This document shows, piece by piece, positions 11,588 to 24,975 of a stretch of DNA of 64,000 nt. Every line of letters begins with the position of its first letter. The stretch's first letter is position 1. The notes below the pieces were generated by a model. It was not told the DNA's origin, did no database searches, and was given only the letters and a program-made list of their open reading frames with translations. The position numbers and the translations under genes are program-made. The stretch spans positions 80,910,001 through 80,974,000 of the forward strand of contig OZ024744.1 of the NCBI GenBank assembly GCA_964016885.1, in the 5' to 3' direction. This DNA comes from Eledone cirrhosa. Lineage: Eukaryota.

Positions 11588-13661
11588 ATGGCTACGAAAA
11601 AGAATTTGCATAGGTCACTCCCACTCATTCCGTCTTCTTTTTCCTCAATCGTCACTACAGCAGAGAGAAGATTGTCTCTCTCCCTCCCTTCTTTAAATGT
11701 GTCTCTCTCCCTCCCTTCTCTTTCGCAAACGACGAAAGAAAAGAAAAGTCTCGTGCAAAGCGTGCAAGGTTTCTCCACGACGACGACGACAGCGACGAAA
11801 CAGGTGTGCGGGAAATACGAAAACCCAGTTCATTCGTCTGACGTCAGGAATAATAGCAGTAGCAGCCGTAATAACAACAGCAACAGTGACAATGAAAACA
11901 ACAGTAGCAGCCGCAACAGCATCACCAGCAGCATAAACAACAACAGCATTAGCAGCAGCAACACCAACAACAACCACAGCAACAGCGGCGGAGGCAGTAG
12001 TCGTAGTACCTGCAGCAACAACAAAAGTACCAGCAGCTCTGACGACAACAACAGCAGCAGAGAAAAACCAATCTCATTTGCAGGTATTGCGAAAAACTTG
12101 GAAACAATCCTCATAACAAATGAGGAATTAGAGGAAGCGAAGAAGATGGTGACAAAGAATGGACACCGAGCAATCTGCAAGGCAGCGGAAAAATTTTTCG
12201 AAACCCAACAGCACTGTACGGTCACGTACCGTACAGTAAGTACAAAATCCCGTAGGGTGGAAAGAGCCACAGAGGCTCAAATACAAAAAGCCTTAGGGTC
12301 TGTGTGGCAGCGGAAAACGCACATCACCCGAGGCAAAAAATATGCCACCGTAGACGTACTTTTTGCCACACCCCAAGAGGCAAAGGCCCAATCCGTAGTG
12401 ACCCTAAGGAGCGAGGAAATGGTGTTGGTGCCCTCCTACTGCGGGCAAAAAATTGTGAGGGTCAAACTGACCCACGTCCCCCCCCGGAATGGACCCTTCT
12501 TGGCTGGCCGCGTCTGTCCTCATCGGAATCGAGGACAAAACAACTGTACTGCAAGTACAGAAAAAAGTAAGAGAAGATTGGGTCGGCACCTCCATTGAGA
12601 TGCTAATCCAAACCAACCAGGAGTGCATCGAAGCTATCCCGGACGTGATAGACTTCGATAACGGCACTCAACTGCCCATAAGTGTTGAGGGAAAACGCCC
12701 GAAATGCTTTCGCTGTGGATCGAAGACTCACCTCAGGGACTTCTGCAACGAAAACACCCTGAGAAAGGAGAACCCCCCCCTCCTTCCGAAACCGGCTCAA
12801 CGGCTACCAGCAACAGGACAAGCGGCAACCAGGAACGATAGGTCCGTGGCACCCATACCCGCGCCACGGAAATCAAAAACAGCAGCAGCAGTGGAAATAT
12901 TAACAACAACAACAGCAATACCAAATGCAGCTGCAACAGAGACTCCAGTGCAAACATCACCAACAACAACAAGTGAAAGAGTGGAGCTGGTACCCCTCCC
13001 CGACCTCACAGAATCAGACATGGAGTGTGAGGTGGGAGAGAGATGGCAAAAGGTCGTAAGAAGGCACAAACGCAGAAGCAGCGCATCGTCGCCTTTGAAA
13101 AGGGAGGAAAGAAATGAGAAAAGGGTAAAGTCTACTGCAAAGAGACCCACAGCAGCAACACTAGCACCACCATCACCACCGGTGACAACCCCACCGCCAA
13201 CAACATCTTCAACACCACCACCACAAGCACCAACATCGCAAACACAACAACAAAACACACACACCCAGCAACAACGACAAGAAAATAGCAGAACCACACC
13301 CCACCCCCAGAAAAACAAATGCACGGCAATAAATACACACAACAAGAAACTAATGACTTACATAATTGAACACACAGACATTTCACAACACGACTACATA
13401 ATACCAGCACCAATCAAAACGCCAACTAACATAAGACTGCTAAAAATAGCACAGAAACAATACACAAACATTAAAACGAAATTCCCCAACGCAGTTGGTG
13501 ATTTCAGGGACCTAGGAGGAACTATCAATCGAAGAGTATATTCAGACATTCTCTTAGAAGAGCCGACAACCAGCCGAAGGGACGATTCAACGGTCCCTTC
13601 ACCAGACGATCAAGTGAAAAGGGATGTAAAAACCATCCCTCCTCTACCAAAAGTACGGTAA
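11588..13661 (+). CDS. Tx1 ORF1 of copy C: ORF1a 11588..12598 plus intact ORF1b 12489..13661, joined only by a +1 frame change
   Basis: No internal stops in either part; zinc knuckle CFRCGSKTHLRDFC. Confidence 0.75.
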
Positions 13662-13696
13662 GTGGTCTTTCCCATCTTTTCCACTCTATTTTAAAC

Positions 13697-16600
13697 ATGA
13701 CCTCACTCAGAATAGGCAGCATAAATGCGCGTGGCTTGGGGTCGTCATGGAAGCAGGTCACTAAACATAGATGTAGTGGCCATCAGCGAGACCAGAATCT
13801 CCGAAGCACGGGCCTTCGCACCGATCTTCGGCGGCTACGATGTGTACGCATCTCCCAGCCGTCCTGGATCGGAGGGAGGAGTTGCTGTGCTTTTTCGGAG
13901 AGGTTTGGATCTCGCCATACGGGCCATCTTCCTGGACCCAGAGGGTAAGCTGGTGGTGCTGGACGTGACCAGCGGAGACGGGCAAGCTTTCAGGCTAGTG
14001 GCCGTCTATGCCCCGACAGGAGCAGGGCGGCCTGATTTCTTCCGGCGTCTGGAGACTTTTCTTGGAACGTCCCGATCTTTAGTGTTAGTGGGCGACTGGA
14101 ACGGGATCTTAGATGCATGCTGGGACTGTGTGGGATTAGCGGATAGGGGTGGAGGGTGCAAGAGCCTCACCAACCTGCTCAGGCGTTTTGAACTGTCTGA
14201 CAGGTACCGATTGGATTTCCCGAATGCGCCAATGTGGACTTGGAGAAATCGCATAGGGTCATCCAGATCATATCTAGATAGAGTATTTTGTAGGGAAATA
14301 GATAGGTCTAGCATAGGCTGTCCACAATTCAAGATAGTGAGCTACACGGACCACAAATTCGTGATCTGTGTGCTTGACTTAGATAGGCTTCATAGACGAG
14401 GACCCGGCTACTGGAAGCTAAACGCGTCCTTACCAGCGCGCAAGGCCTACAGAGACCGGATTAGCGAACTAGTTAAGCGGGCGTTGACGGGGGCCATCAT
14501 CAACAACAAGTGGTGGTTTGCTCTGAAAAGAGCGATTAGAATAGAATCGATTAGGTTTAGTAAGGCTTTAGCAATAGAGAAAAATAGAGCAGAGGGAGAA
14601 CTAGTTAGAAAATTAGACGAGGCGCTTAGCAAAGGCATTGCGACCGACGTGCTTGCGGCGAAATTGGCCCTTGACCAATTCTTCAATGCAAAGCACGAAG
14701 GCTGCGTTGTCAGAGCAAGGGTGCGTGCTCTCAGACACGAGGGGACGAAAGCCGTTCAATGGGCCCGAGTGGCGGAGGCGCGTCGTGGCAACAAAGCCAC
14801 GATCCGGTCTTTGGTGGACCACGACGGGCGCATGCTACTCGATCCCGGGCAAATGTGTGAAGCTTTTCAGCGACACTTCGCTCAACTGTTCGGGGGCAGT
14901 GGCGGGCCGGAGCGTGGGGTGGACTTCAGTGCCTATCTCAAGGGACAGCCACGGCTTTCGGCCACTGAGACGGAGTGTTGCGAAAAGCCGATAACAACCG
15001 CTGAAGTACGGGATGCAATGACTAGTTGCACAAGGGGTAAATCGCCTGGTTTGGATGGTCTGCCCTATGAACTTTACGTACAAATGCCAAACTTGTTCGG
15101 AGGCCTCTTGGCGGACGTCTACTGCAACTGGCAACAGAACGGGAGAATTCCCAGCTCTGTGAGCCGAGGAGCGGTGGTGCTGCTGAGAAAGGATCCGAAC
15201 AAGGGGGATAACATAGATAATTTTAGGCCCATAACTCTGCTAAACACAGAGTTCAAGATTTTGGCCAAGGTGCTAGCAAAGAGGTTGGCGCTTGTCGTTG
15301 GTGGTCTGGTGGGAGAGGCACAGACATGCGCCATTCCCGACAGATCCATCCACGACAACCTCCACCTCATGCGATACATCGTAGAGAGGGTAGCTAGGGA
15401 ACCTGGCACGGGTGGGTCTTTGATCAATTTAGATCAGTCGAAAGCCTTCGATAGGGTCGACCATCGTTACCTAGCGGCAGTCCTGAGGGCGGCTGGCTTT
15501 GGGCCCGTCTTCAGAGGCTGGATCGCTGCCATGCACAGCGACATCTGCTCTGTAGTGAGAGTGAACGCTCACCTTTCGGAACCGTTCAACATCATGCGCT
15601 CGGTCCGCCAAGGATGTCCCCTCTCGTCCCTTTTGTACGTATTGACTCTCGAGCCATTACTGCACAAACTGGAGACGTTGAGGGGGGTCCCGCGCGAACT
15701 AGGATGCGGAAGATCCGTGTCAGCATATGCGGACGATGTCACCGTAGTGGTGTCGAACGCCAAATACATTGAGGCGATCGGCACTACACTAAGAGAATAC
15801 GAAGCGGTGACAGGAGCAATGATCAACCAGGAAAAGTCAGTGGGCCTGCAGCTCGGCACCTGGAAAGGCAGGTCCATGCCGTCCAACAGCGTCGTCGGGC
15901 GCTGGACGGACGGACCGGTTAAATTGCTAGGGGTCTGGTTCGGTCCAGACCTCCAGACGGACAAAAACTGGGACGAGGTGACGAGCAGGGTGGCTTCTCT
16001 CACCCAGAAATGGGCCAAGAGGAAGCTATCCCTGAAAGGTCGAGCGGAGGTGGCGAATGCGTACATCGCATCCATCATCTACTACCGCCTGACCGTCGTA
16101 CCTTGTCCTAAGCCCCACCTGACTGCGCTGGAGCGTTTGCTCTTTCGCTTCTTGTGGAAGGGATGCGCTCCGATGGTCAGGCAGTCCATCTGCTGTCAAC
16201 ACCTGCTATGTGGAGCACTGGGCATGCCGTGGCTGATGATGCGCAGACACGCGCTCAGGCTACGACATCTCCACCTCTTCCTCGACGGTGATCAGGTGTG
16301 GTCGCCGTTTGCTAGACGCGTTTTTCCCCAGCTCATCTCCTTGACGGAGCTGCAGTCCTGGGTCAAGCGAAGACCGAGAAGGAGCGCTTGGAGACTGGAA
16401 TGTCTTCAGGCGCTCACAGCCCTCGACCAATCGGGCAATGTGATCGGTGGAAACTCCACCTTGGCGTTCTATAGGGGATTAGTGGAGGGGAAGAGCGACG
16501 ACGTACTTGGAGAAACTCTAGGCGTCGACGAAAATCAACTAGCCAATCTCTTCGGAAGGACTTTCGGGCCGGGGCCTATGGACAACTTCCAGAAATCCCT

Positions 16601-17093
16601 GGCCTGGCAGTGCTACCGAGGAGCTTTGCCAGTTCGGGATAAACTCTACAGGCATGGAGGTGCCGTCAGCCGGGTATGTCCGAGATGCGCGCAGGGCGAC
16701 GAAACCGTCCTGCACGCACTCGTCCAGTGTCCGAGCATTGCTGACTTGTGGGTTTATGTCGAACACCTGCTGTCACGTGTAGGACGGATCCAGCTATCAG
16801 CTGAGTCCATCGTGAGGATTGCCCCGCCCCCTTCCTTTAGCCTGGAAGGGCAGGCAGTTTTTATCTGTCTGGTGGCCATGGCGAAAGAGATAGTATGGTG
16901 GACACGTTTGAAAGGGCTGAAGACGAGCACTTACCTCTTCGGTGATGCCCTGATTAACTTTTTCAAATTTCATTTGAAAAGGAAAATCAGGGTAGAGAGG
17001 GAAGTGCTCTCTTCCCAGCATTTTGTTGAAAGATGGGTGAGAGAAGCAAGTATGGCCCGAATGAATGGGCCTTCTCTGAGTATGTGTCTGTAA
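13697..17093 (+). pseudogene. Tx1 ORF2 of copy C; a 23-nt deletion near 13755 takes the native ATG out of frame, the remaining ~1110 codons are open
   Basis: B and D read GGAAGC[AGGGTCACCTGCTCAACGACCTC]AGGTCACT; C lacks the bracketed part. ORF 13725..17093. Confidence 0.9.
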
Positions 17094-17348
17094 ATTAAAG
17101 GTGGAAAACTGGGAGAGGGCACTTGCCCTGGTGGTCAGGGCCACTGTGGTCATTTAATGGGCTTTCTCCACAAATGTCCCTTGGAAGTCTCCCCCCTATT
17201 GGGGAATTTTTCTTTGTTATTTTATTTCAACCTCTGTTTTTTTACACGCAGAAATGCCCATTTGTACCGTCCTGTATTGTCCTGTACTGTCCTTAATGTC
17301 TACTTTATGTGAACCCTTGTGGTTAATAAAGAAAACATTATTATTATG

Positions 17349-17386
<38 letters not shown>

Positions 17387-17678
17387 TACTACTACTAAAG
17401 GTGGTTTGGAGCAGGTTGATATGAAAAGGGTTAAACACAAGACTTTCCTAAACGAATAAAGGTGAAAGCTATTTGGAATGATCTGTGAGAAAGATTTGAC
17501 TGTTTTCTACATAAGTGCTGCTGTTGTTGTTCATATGAAATTGGAGCTTACTTTGCCGTAAGTAAGCTAATGTTATAAACATAAGAAATTAAATGTCACT
17601 AGCCCAGCATTTGAAATATGCAGGTCTAATATATCTGGTTCTTTTGCTTGGATTGAAGTTTATTATTTGATCTATTAC

Positions 17679-18060
17679 ACCAGTAGCCACACAATCTTTA
17701 TTTCAAGGTATGCTGTTTTAACTCTTCAGATACCAAGGCATACCTTTAATCTAGTCCACCTGTAGCTATACAATCTATATTTCAAGGTATGCTGGTTTAA
17801 CCCTTCAGGGACAAAGGCCTACCTTTGATCTACTCAACCTGCAGCCATACAATCTTTATTTCAAGATATGCTGGTTTAACCCTTCAGATATGAAGGATTA
17901 CCTTTGTTCTATTTCACCTGTAGCCATGCCATCTTTATTTCAAAATATGCTGTTTTAGCCCTTCAGGTATCAAGGCCTACCTTTAATCTATTCCACCTGT
18001 AGCCATGCCATCTTTACTTCAAGGTATGCTCTTTACCCTTCAGATATCAAGGCCTACCTG
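17679..18060. repeat. Minisatellite, ~79 bp unit, ~4.7 diverged copies
   Basis: Repeated ACCTGTAGCCATACAATCTTTATTTCAAGGTATGCTGGTTTAACCCTTCAG...CCTACCTTT. Confidence 0.9.
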
Positions 18061-18739
18061 CCCATATTGGACAGATGTGCACAGGAGAGGGTGCAGAATT
18101 CGAACTCAGAGGGCCAAGATCCAGAACAGATACTGCAAAACATCACATCCGATAATTTATCAATTTTACTATTTAAACTGCCTATGGAAAATTACTTTAT
18201 TTAAAACAACCTCGAAAGAATGAAATACAAAATTGACTCCACTGGGATTTAAACCTAGAGTACAGAGAGCCAGAATAAATACTGAATAGTATTTAATTCA
18301 ATACTCTAAACCCTGTCATTTTGTCACCAAAAGATGTTTGTGTGTTTAACCTTTTTGTTGCCATATTTTTTTTATGAAAGACACTGCCTATGATTTTCAG
18401 ATAGTTTTGAAAATAATCAAGAATATTGAGGGATTTAGTAATGTAAGTAAAGACATCTAGCTGTAAAATATAGCCTCAAAAAGGATCTCATGGTGAGTAT
18501 TAACCTGTCATCAGGCCCAGAAGGCTAAACCCTACTCTAGCAGGGAAAATATCTTTAACTCTTTCATTACCTTAATTTTAATGAATGACACTTTCTTATG
18601 GTATTGAAAATATTCAAGGATTTGAAGTATCAAATGAAATAACTTTCTTATTATTTATTTGGTGTTTGGAATATAACTTGACAAATGTTCTGACATAAAA
18701 TTATGATGGAAGGTATTTAGATACATGTATATATTCAGT

Positions 18740-19110
18740 AATCAGAAGGGAGGTAGGGGTAAAAGCAAAATTCACAATCTTCAATTGGTATTTGTGACAA
18801 CCTTTACCTATGGTCATGAATCTTGAGTAATGACCAAAAGAATACGATCGTGAATACAAGCAGATGAAATGGGGTTCCTTCAAAGGTTCTTTGGACTAAC
18901 TTTACTCAATGGAGTGCATAGCTCGGAGATCAGAGATTCACTCAAGGTAGAGTTGTTTCTTCTCCGAATTGAGAGATCACAGCTCCGATACTATGGACAT
19001 GTGGTTAGAATGTCTCAAGAAAGAATTGCTGGACAGATTTTATGGGCAAAACCAACCAGCAGGAGATCCCTAGGGGTAGATCCCTGAGCAAGATGGTTCT
19101 ATCTGGAGTG
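18740..19110 (+). mobile_element. RTE-clade LINE 3' fragment (Expander/Rex3-like)
   Basis: EMGFLQR...IRDSLKVE...IERSQLRYYGHVVRM...ILWAKPT in and just upstream of ORF 18869..19087. Confidence 0.8.
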
Positions 19111-19984
19111 ACTCCCTAATCTCTGAGTTATGCACTCTGTCTTTCTCAGAGTTAGGAAACAAAATGAAGGTGTTGAGTTGTGGTTTTATTTTAAAATGGA
19201 AATTCTTTCACTATAAAAACATTCATTATCGTCATACTTGCATGGGCTGGTCAAGTCTGTTTTAGCTTAGCTTCCTTCCACTTGTTGTGGTCAGCTTTGT
19301 CTTTCAACCTTCTTGGCTGGGTTGATAAAATGAAGTACTACTCAAATACTGGGGTTGAATTTGCCCTTCCTTCAAATTGTTACATTACTCCAATCCAAAA
19401 ACACTTCAGAGGAACTCTATTTTGACCGCTTGTATTCGTTGTTTTATTAAATGAAAATAAGCTCTATACTAAGATGAATCATTATGCCAATTTTCATTCA
19501 TTGGCCAGAAATATACACATCTTTCTCTCTCGCTCTGATTGGCCGTTAAGATCCCAGACCCCATTTGCTTACTGAGCGGGGTCGACCTCATCAAATTGGA
19601 CAAAGGAAACAATGTTTCCATTGGTCTTTCCATTCCTGATACTATCTACTGGTTGCAAATCCTGGCAGAAGGTGCAATATAAAATAAAGTGTCTTGCTCC
19701 AGGACATAACGCATCATCTGGTCCGACAATTGAACTTGCAACATCACAATTACAAATCCAACTCTCTAACCACTAAGCCACGTGTCTTCACATACACATA
19801 TGACCTAATAAATCTGTCTCACCAATGTTTTATTAAACAGGAGCGAACTGTGTGTGTCTTCTGTTTAGAATAGAAACACTGCATCCCACCAAGATTGTAT
19901 GAGGTGACTAAAAGGGGTTGGTTGGTGCCAGGAAGGAACATTACCTCAAAACAAAGGATCTAATGATGTGATGAGTATTAAGAC

Positions 19985-20085
19985 TGTTATTGTTGATGCT
20001 GCTGCTGTTGTTGATGATGTCGTCATCCCTGTTGCTGCTGTTGTTGTTTCTGCTGCTGCTGCTGCTGTTCTTCTTCTTCTTCTTC

Positions 20086-20121
<36 letters not shown>

Positions 20122-20341
20122 TTGTTGTTGTTGGTGTTGTTGTTGTTGTTTTTGCTACTGCTTTTGTTGTTGCTGCTGTTGTTGTTGTTGTTGTTGCTGT
20201 TGTTGTTGTTGTTGTTATTGTTGTTAGTGTTGTTGTTGTTGTTGTTGCTGCTGCTGCTGCTGCTGTTGTTGTTGTTGCTGTTGTTGTTGGTGGTGTTGGT
20301 GTTGGTGTTGTTGTTGTTGTTGTTGGTGATGGTGTTGTTGG

Positions 20342-20372
<31 letters not shown>

Positions 20373-20469
20373 GGTGGTGATGGTGTTATGTTGTTGTTGT
20401 TGTTGGTGGTGTTGTTGGTGTTGTTGTTGTTGGTGTTGTTGTTGTTGTTGATGTTGTTGTTATTGTTGG

Positions 20470-20515
<46 letters not shown>

Positions 20516-20641
20516 ACTGTTGTTGTTGCTGATGTTGTGGTTGTTGCGGTTGTTGTGGTTGTTGCTGCTACTGCTGTTGCTGTTGTTGTTCTTCTTCTTG
20601 CTGTTGTTGCTGCTGCTGTTGTTGTTGTTGTTACCGCCGCC

Positions 20642-20672
<31 letters not shown>

Positions 20673-20875
20673 TTGTTTTTGTTGTTTTTGTTGTTGTTGC
20701 TGTTCTTGTTATTACTGCTGCTGCTGTTGGTGTTGTTGCTCTTGTTGTTGTAGTTGTTGCTGTTGTTGTTGTTGCTCTTGTTGTTAGTGTTGTTGCTGCT
20801 GTTGTTGTTGTTGCTGCTCTTGCTGTTGTTGCTGTTGTTGTTGTTGTTGCTGCTGCTCTTGTTGTTGTTGCTGTT

Positions 20876-20906
<31 letters not shown>

Positions 20907-21045
20907 TTGCTGTTGTTGTTGTTGCTGCTCTTGTAGTTGTAGTTGTTGCTGTTGTTTTTTGTTGTTGCTCATGCTGCTCCTGTTAGTGTTGTTTTTATTG
21001 TTGTCACTGTTGTTACTATTCTTCTTGCAGCTGCTGCTGTTGTTC
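19985..21045. repeat. Compound (GTT/GCT/GGT/CTT)n microsatellite, ~1.06 kb
   Basis: Directly visible trinucleotide tract. Confidence 0.97.
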
Positions 21046-21454
21046 CATTAAACAAGGTAGTTCATTTTATATTTTCTTTAAGATTATCTAATCTCAAATT
21101 TCTGCAACAGAAAATTTTACACTAATCAAATTTTTCTTCTGACTTATCAATTTTCTCATCTATTGTATTATTTATCAAATATATAAATCTATACAGTTAC
21201 AATTTATATGTTCCCTGGTGGCTTGTGTTTCCATATAAACCATGTTTTGTTTGTTTGTTGGTTTGTTATTTTGGATATCTATAGTTTGATTTATATTAAA
21301 CAAACGTATTGATTTAGAAAAAAAACAAAACAAAAGGATGTTTGGTAAAAATCACAAAAAATATTACACTATGCTGCTTTGTTTATGCATATACTAATAT
21401 TTCCTCTCTCTCTCTCGCCTCTCTCGAGCATTATGGTAAAACAAACAAAAGCCA

Positions 21455-21510
<56 letters not shown>

Positions 21511-21629
21511 ATGTATATATTTATATAGTTAATAAAAATATCTATTATATTATATATATATATATATATATAGTTAATAAAATTATTTGCATGAGCCAGA
21601 CACAGTTGTCTGAGCTGCCTGTCTAGCCT

Positions 21630-21666
21630 AAACCATGCAAGCGTGGAAAATGGATGTAAAACAATG

Positions 21667-21742
<76 letters not shown>

Positions 21743-21745
21743 CGT
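21630..21745 (+). repeat. RTE-type 3' end with (ATG)n tail
   Basis: CATGCAAGCGTGGAAAATGGATGTAAAACAATGATGATG resembles the RTE 3' ends at 39890(-), 42467(-) and 62230(+). Confidence 0.7.
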
Positions 21746-22353
21746 TCACATTGTCAGTTCAATTTACAAGATGAATAAGTAGCAAAATAAAAAAAAAAGA
21801 AGGAAAGAAACAAGGGGAAATAATGACGAAGGAAAAGGGAGTGGAGAGAAGACATGCGTGCGCGCACACACACACACACACACTCTCTCAACTGCACACA
21901 GCACAAAGGGCACTGGAGCATCCCTCTAATAATTTTTGAAACTAGCCTCCCTATCACTTGCAGCAATGCTGCAAGTGATAGGGAGGCTAAAGCACTGGAA
22001 TACGCAAACACCCTCTTGAACATCACTTGATGCCTTGGTAAGGCAAGCTGCCAATAATGAAATGAACTTCATTGTCAGTAGTCCTGTTCCGCTAAAACAT
22101 CCCAAATACCTCAGGATGAAAGGCTGATGAGCGATTGAGATGGTAACACTTGAAATAAACAAATAAATTGGACTATAATTTTTCGGTGATAGCGACTTAA
22201 TTTATCACAGGGTTTAACACCACTGTTGGTTGCTTTTAATCAAAAACACATATATATAATATGTATGTAAAAGGTAAAAAGAAATAACAACTCAATCAGT
22301 ACAGTATATGGAAGGAATATATTAGGTTAACGCTTGAAATAGCAGGAAGAGGG

Positions 22354-22393
22354 TCTTAACGTTTTGTTCGGACACTAGTCCTTCATCAGAAGA
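22354..22393 (-). ncRNA. Degenerate minimal hammerhead ribozyme (PLE-type)
   Basis: Minus strand TCTT CTGATGA AGGAC TAGT GTCC GAA(caa)AACGT TAAGA; an insertion disrupts the GAAA box. Confidence 0.5.
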
Positions 22394-23063
22394 AAGAATG
22401 AGAATTAGAAAGATTGAAGGGACTAGAGAAAAATAACAGGTCCATTGATGTTGCTATCTCTTGGAAAACTGTTGATGTTGGCGTTTTGTGTATTATATAT
22501 TTTTTTTAGAAAAGTGGATGATGGAGTGCCTCTACCTGAAATGGAAAAAAAAGCATTTTGTATAAAGAGCTATACTTGTGCGCATGCGTATGCGTGTGAG
22601 TGTGTGTGTGTATGTGTATATATATGCGCCCCTATTTTGAATTTATATTCTAAAGTCTTAGTCATGCAGGCTTTTTTTGAAACTATGATATAATAGACAT
22701 CACGCCACCTCACCTGTTTACCTCTATTCTCCCTTCTTACCTTTTCTACACCCCAGTTTCCTTCTTCTTTGTCTGCACATTAGACTACACTCCTTATTCT
22801 ATACTGTTTTGGGTCGACAGACAGGCAGAATCGGTAGAGCATCAGACAGCATGCTTTGCAGCATATAGTTGCAGTCCTTTACATTCATTATCATCAATTA
22901 ACGTCTATCTTCCACACTAGCATGGGTTAGACGATTCTGAGTTGAAATCCTGCCAAAGTTAACTTTGTCTTTGATCCTTACAGGGTCGATAAATAAAGTA
23001 CCAGTAACACACTGCGGTCCATTTAATCAATTTAATCAATTTCTTCTCCCACAAAATTGTTGG

Positions 23064-23642
23064 CCTTGTGCCTAAATAAGAAACCATTATTCTCTTCTGT
23101 TTTACTATTTCTCTCCTTTCTATATTTTCTTTCTCCTTTGGTTAAGCCCTGGTGCACTTTATATTTGTGTTATTTGCGTAAAGGCAAAACTTGTCTCTTC
23201 CTGTTTTGATATGTCCCAATGTACACTGGAATGAATGGTATCGACTTTAATGCACTGAAACTGTAGTGATTTCCAGAGGTTGACTGAGGAGATGGGACTG
23301 TCCATCTTTCTGTTGTTTTTCCATTGTCTTTATCCTGCGCACCCCTACTTTGAATTTATATATATATATATAAATTCAAAGTAGGAAAAACAACAGAAAG
23401 ATGGACAGTCCCATCTCCTCAGTCAACCTCTGGAAATCACTACAGTTTCAGTGCATTAAAGTCGATACCTTTCATTCCAGTGTACATTGGGACATAACAA
23501 AACAGGAAGAGACAAGTTTTGCCTTTACGCAAATAACACAAATATAAAGTGCACCAGGGCTTAGCCAAAGGAGAAAGAAAATATAGAAAGGAGAGAAATA
23601 GTAAAATAGAAGAAAATAATGGTTTCTTATTTAGGCACAAGG
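23064..23642. repeat. Inverted duplication, ~260 bp arms (23064-23322 / 23384-23642), with a (TA)n-centred palindrome at 23344-23385
   Basis: Arms are reverse complements with a few mismatches and include a SINE 3' tail. Confidence 0.92.
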
Positions 23643-23750
23643 TCCATAACCCCTGTGTCACCTTGAGCCAATCCTCTGTGAAACGCGCGTAACAGGTCAA
23701 TACATGATAAATATATTTTTAATATGTAAACGAAACTTCCTTGTTTTTTC

Positions 23751-23792
<42 letters not shown>

Positions 23793-23835
23793 AAATGAAG
23801 TAATTCCGTCGGAAAGGTCCAGATATATATATATT

Positions 23836-24041
23836 ACAAGGGTCGGCTGAATGGTGCATAGGTGAAAAGTTCATTGGCTGACAAAGATTTGGTCATAGAA
23901 TGACCAAATAAGGTTTATTTTCCAACATAGTCCTTTGAAAGAAACAGTTAATAAGAAAAGTTGAAATTAATGATGCAAGATTTTACAGCTCTAGCATCAC
24001 TCCTTCATAGACAACCTATGAACTTTTCAGCCACCTCCTCA
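23836..24041. mobile_element. Tc1/mariner-type MITE (second, degraded copy ~53740-53925)
   Basis: Termini resembling CGAGG..GGCTGAAAAGTTCATAGG / CCTATGAACTTTTCAGCC flanked by TA. Shared internal GCAAGATTT.ACAGCTCTAGCATCACTCCTTCATA. Confidence 0.7.
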
Positions 24042-24689
24042 TACCCTATATATACAGTATATATATACTCTATATAAACCCTATATACATATATATATAA
24101 TAAGACGATGGCAGGCCTAGCATAAGGTTTCCCTGCTAGTACCGGTTGCATCTCAGCATACCCAATAGTTAAGATTATGTAAAAATCCCAGAGTGGACAC
24201 AAAGTTATTTGCCTCAATACAATTCATATAAATGGGTACCATAAATCTTTACCTGTACTCGAGTTTTGGCCACACATAATGCAGCTAGAGAGCGTACAGC
24301 ATCCACAATCAGTGCATATGGCTTCAGCAGCAGGTCTCGCCTAATCAATAACCAATTGATCGACAGGATTTGATTCGAGTCTGTGTTGGCTATGGCAGTA
24401 AATGTGACAGGCAACACAATAGTGCAGCAGCAACTGAAATCCCTATGTGTCATCAAAATACTGTCAACCGATTGGCCACTGGTTCAGAAATTTATGTGAT
24501 GGTATGAGTCGAGATGCTATTCTTTGGCCTCTCCATAAGGACTCACCAACATATCTCAAGTTAAACACAAATTAACAAGTGAGTGAAAAAATTGGTTATT
24601 AAAGAAAATCTGTCTCAAATCTCTGTACAATAGAATGGTAGCATTTGACTCTAATTGCTTGACAGGCATGATGAGTAGCATCTCTGACA

Positions 24690-24975
24690 GCAGCCTGGTA
24701 GTCAACCACTGGTCTTACTTTATGACTGCGAAGATGACTTTTGAGTTCAGCTTTGCTGAGGCTGAGTCTCGCACAGACGCTGCATGTCAGCGCCGTAGGA
24801 GGACCTTTGTTATCTGGAAATGTAACAGCAATGCCCTTCCTCACATCCTGCTTTACTTTCTCGTATGCGATTCGAGATGCCTCAAAGGCAACTTTCCCTC
24901 CATGTACAGTCTTTCTCCATTTATTACGATCAGCAGCAATATTCTCCCATGTATCAGCAGAGATAAAACACATGG
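24690..24975 (-). mobile_element. RTE-clade LINE 3' fragment with C-terminal C2H2 finger
   Basis: WENIAADRNKWRKTVHGG...CSVCARLSLSKAELKSHLRSH. Confidence 0.75.

Larger units (their letters stand above)
11371..17336 (+). mobile_element. Tx1-clade LINE copy C, full length, joined head-to-tail to copy B through (TTA)n; (TTA)n/(CTA)n tail to ~17397
   Basis: Colinear with copy B; starts GAATGCTATGG immediately after the tract 11326-11370. Confidence 0.95.

Noticed and set aside
17679-18060. Regularly spaced repeats as a CRISPR-like array
   Set aside because: Whole units are repeated with no unique spacers; eukaryotic context, no cas genes.
19968-21125. Long poly-V/L/Q ORFs
   Set aside because: Translations of a (GTT/GCT)n microsatellite; no domain content.
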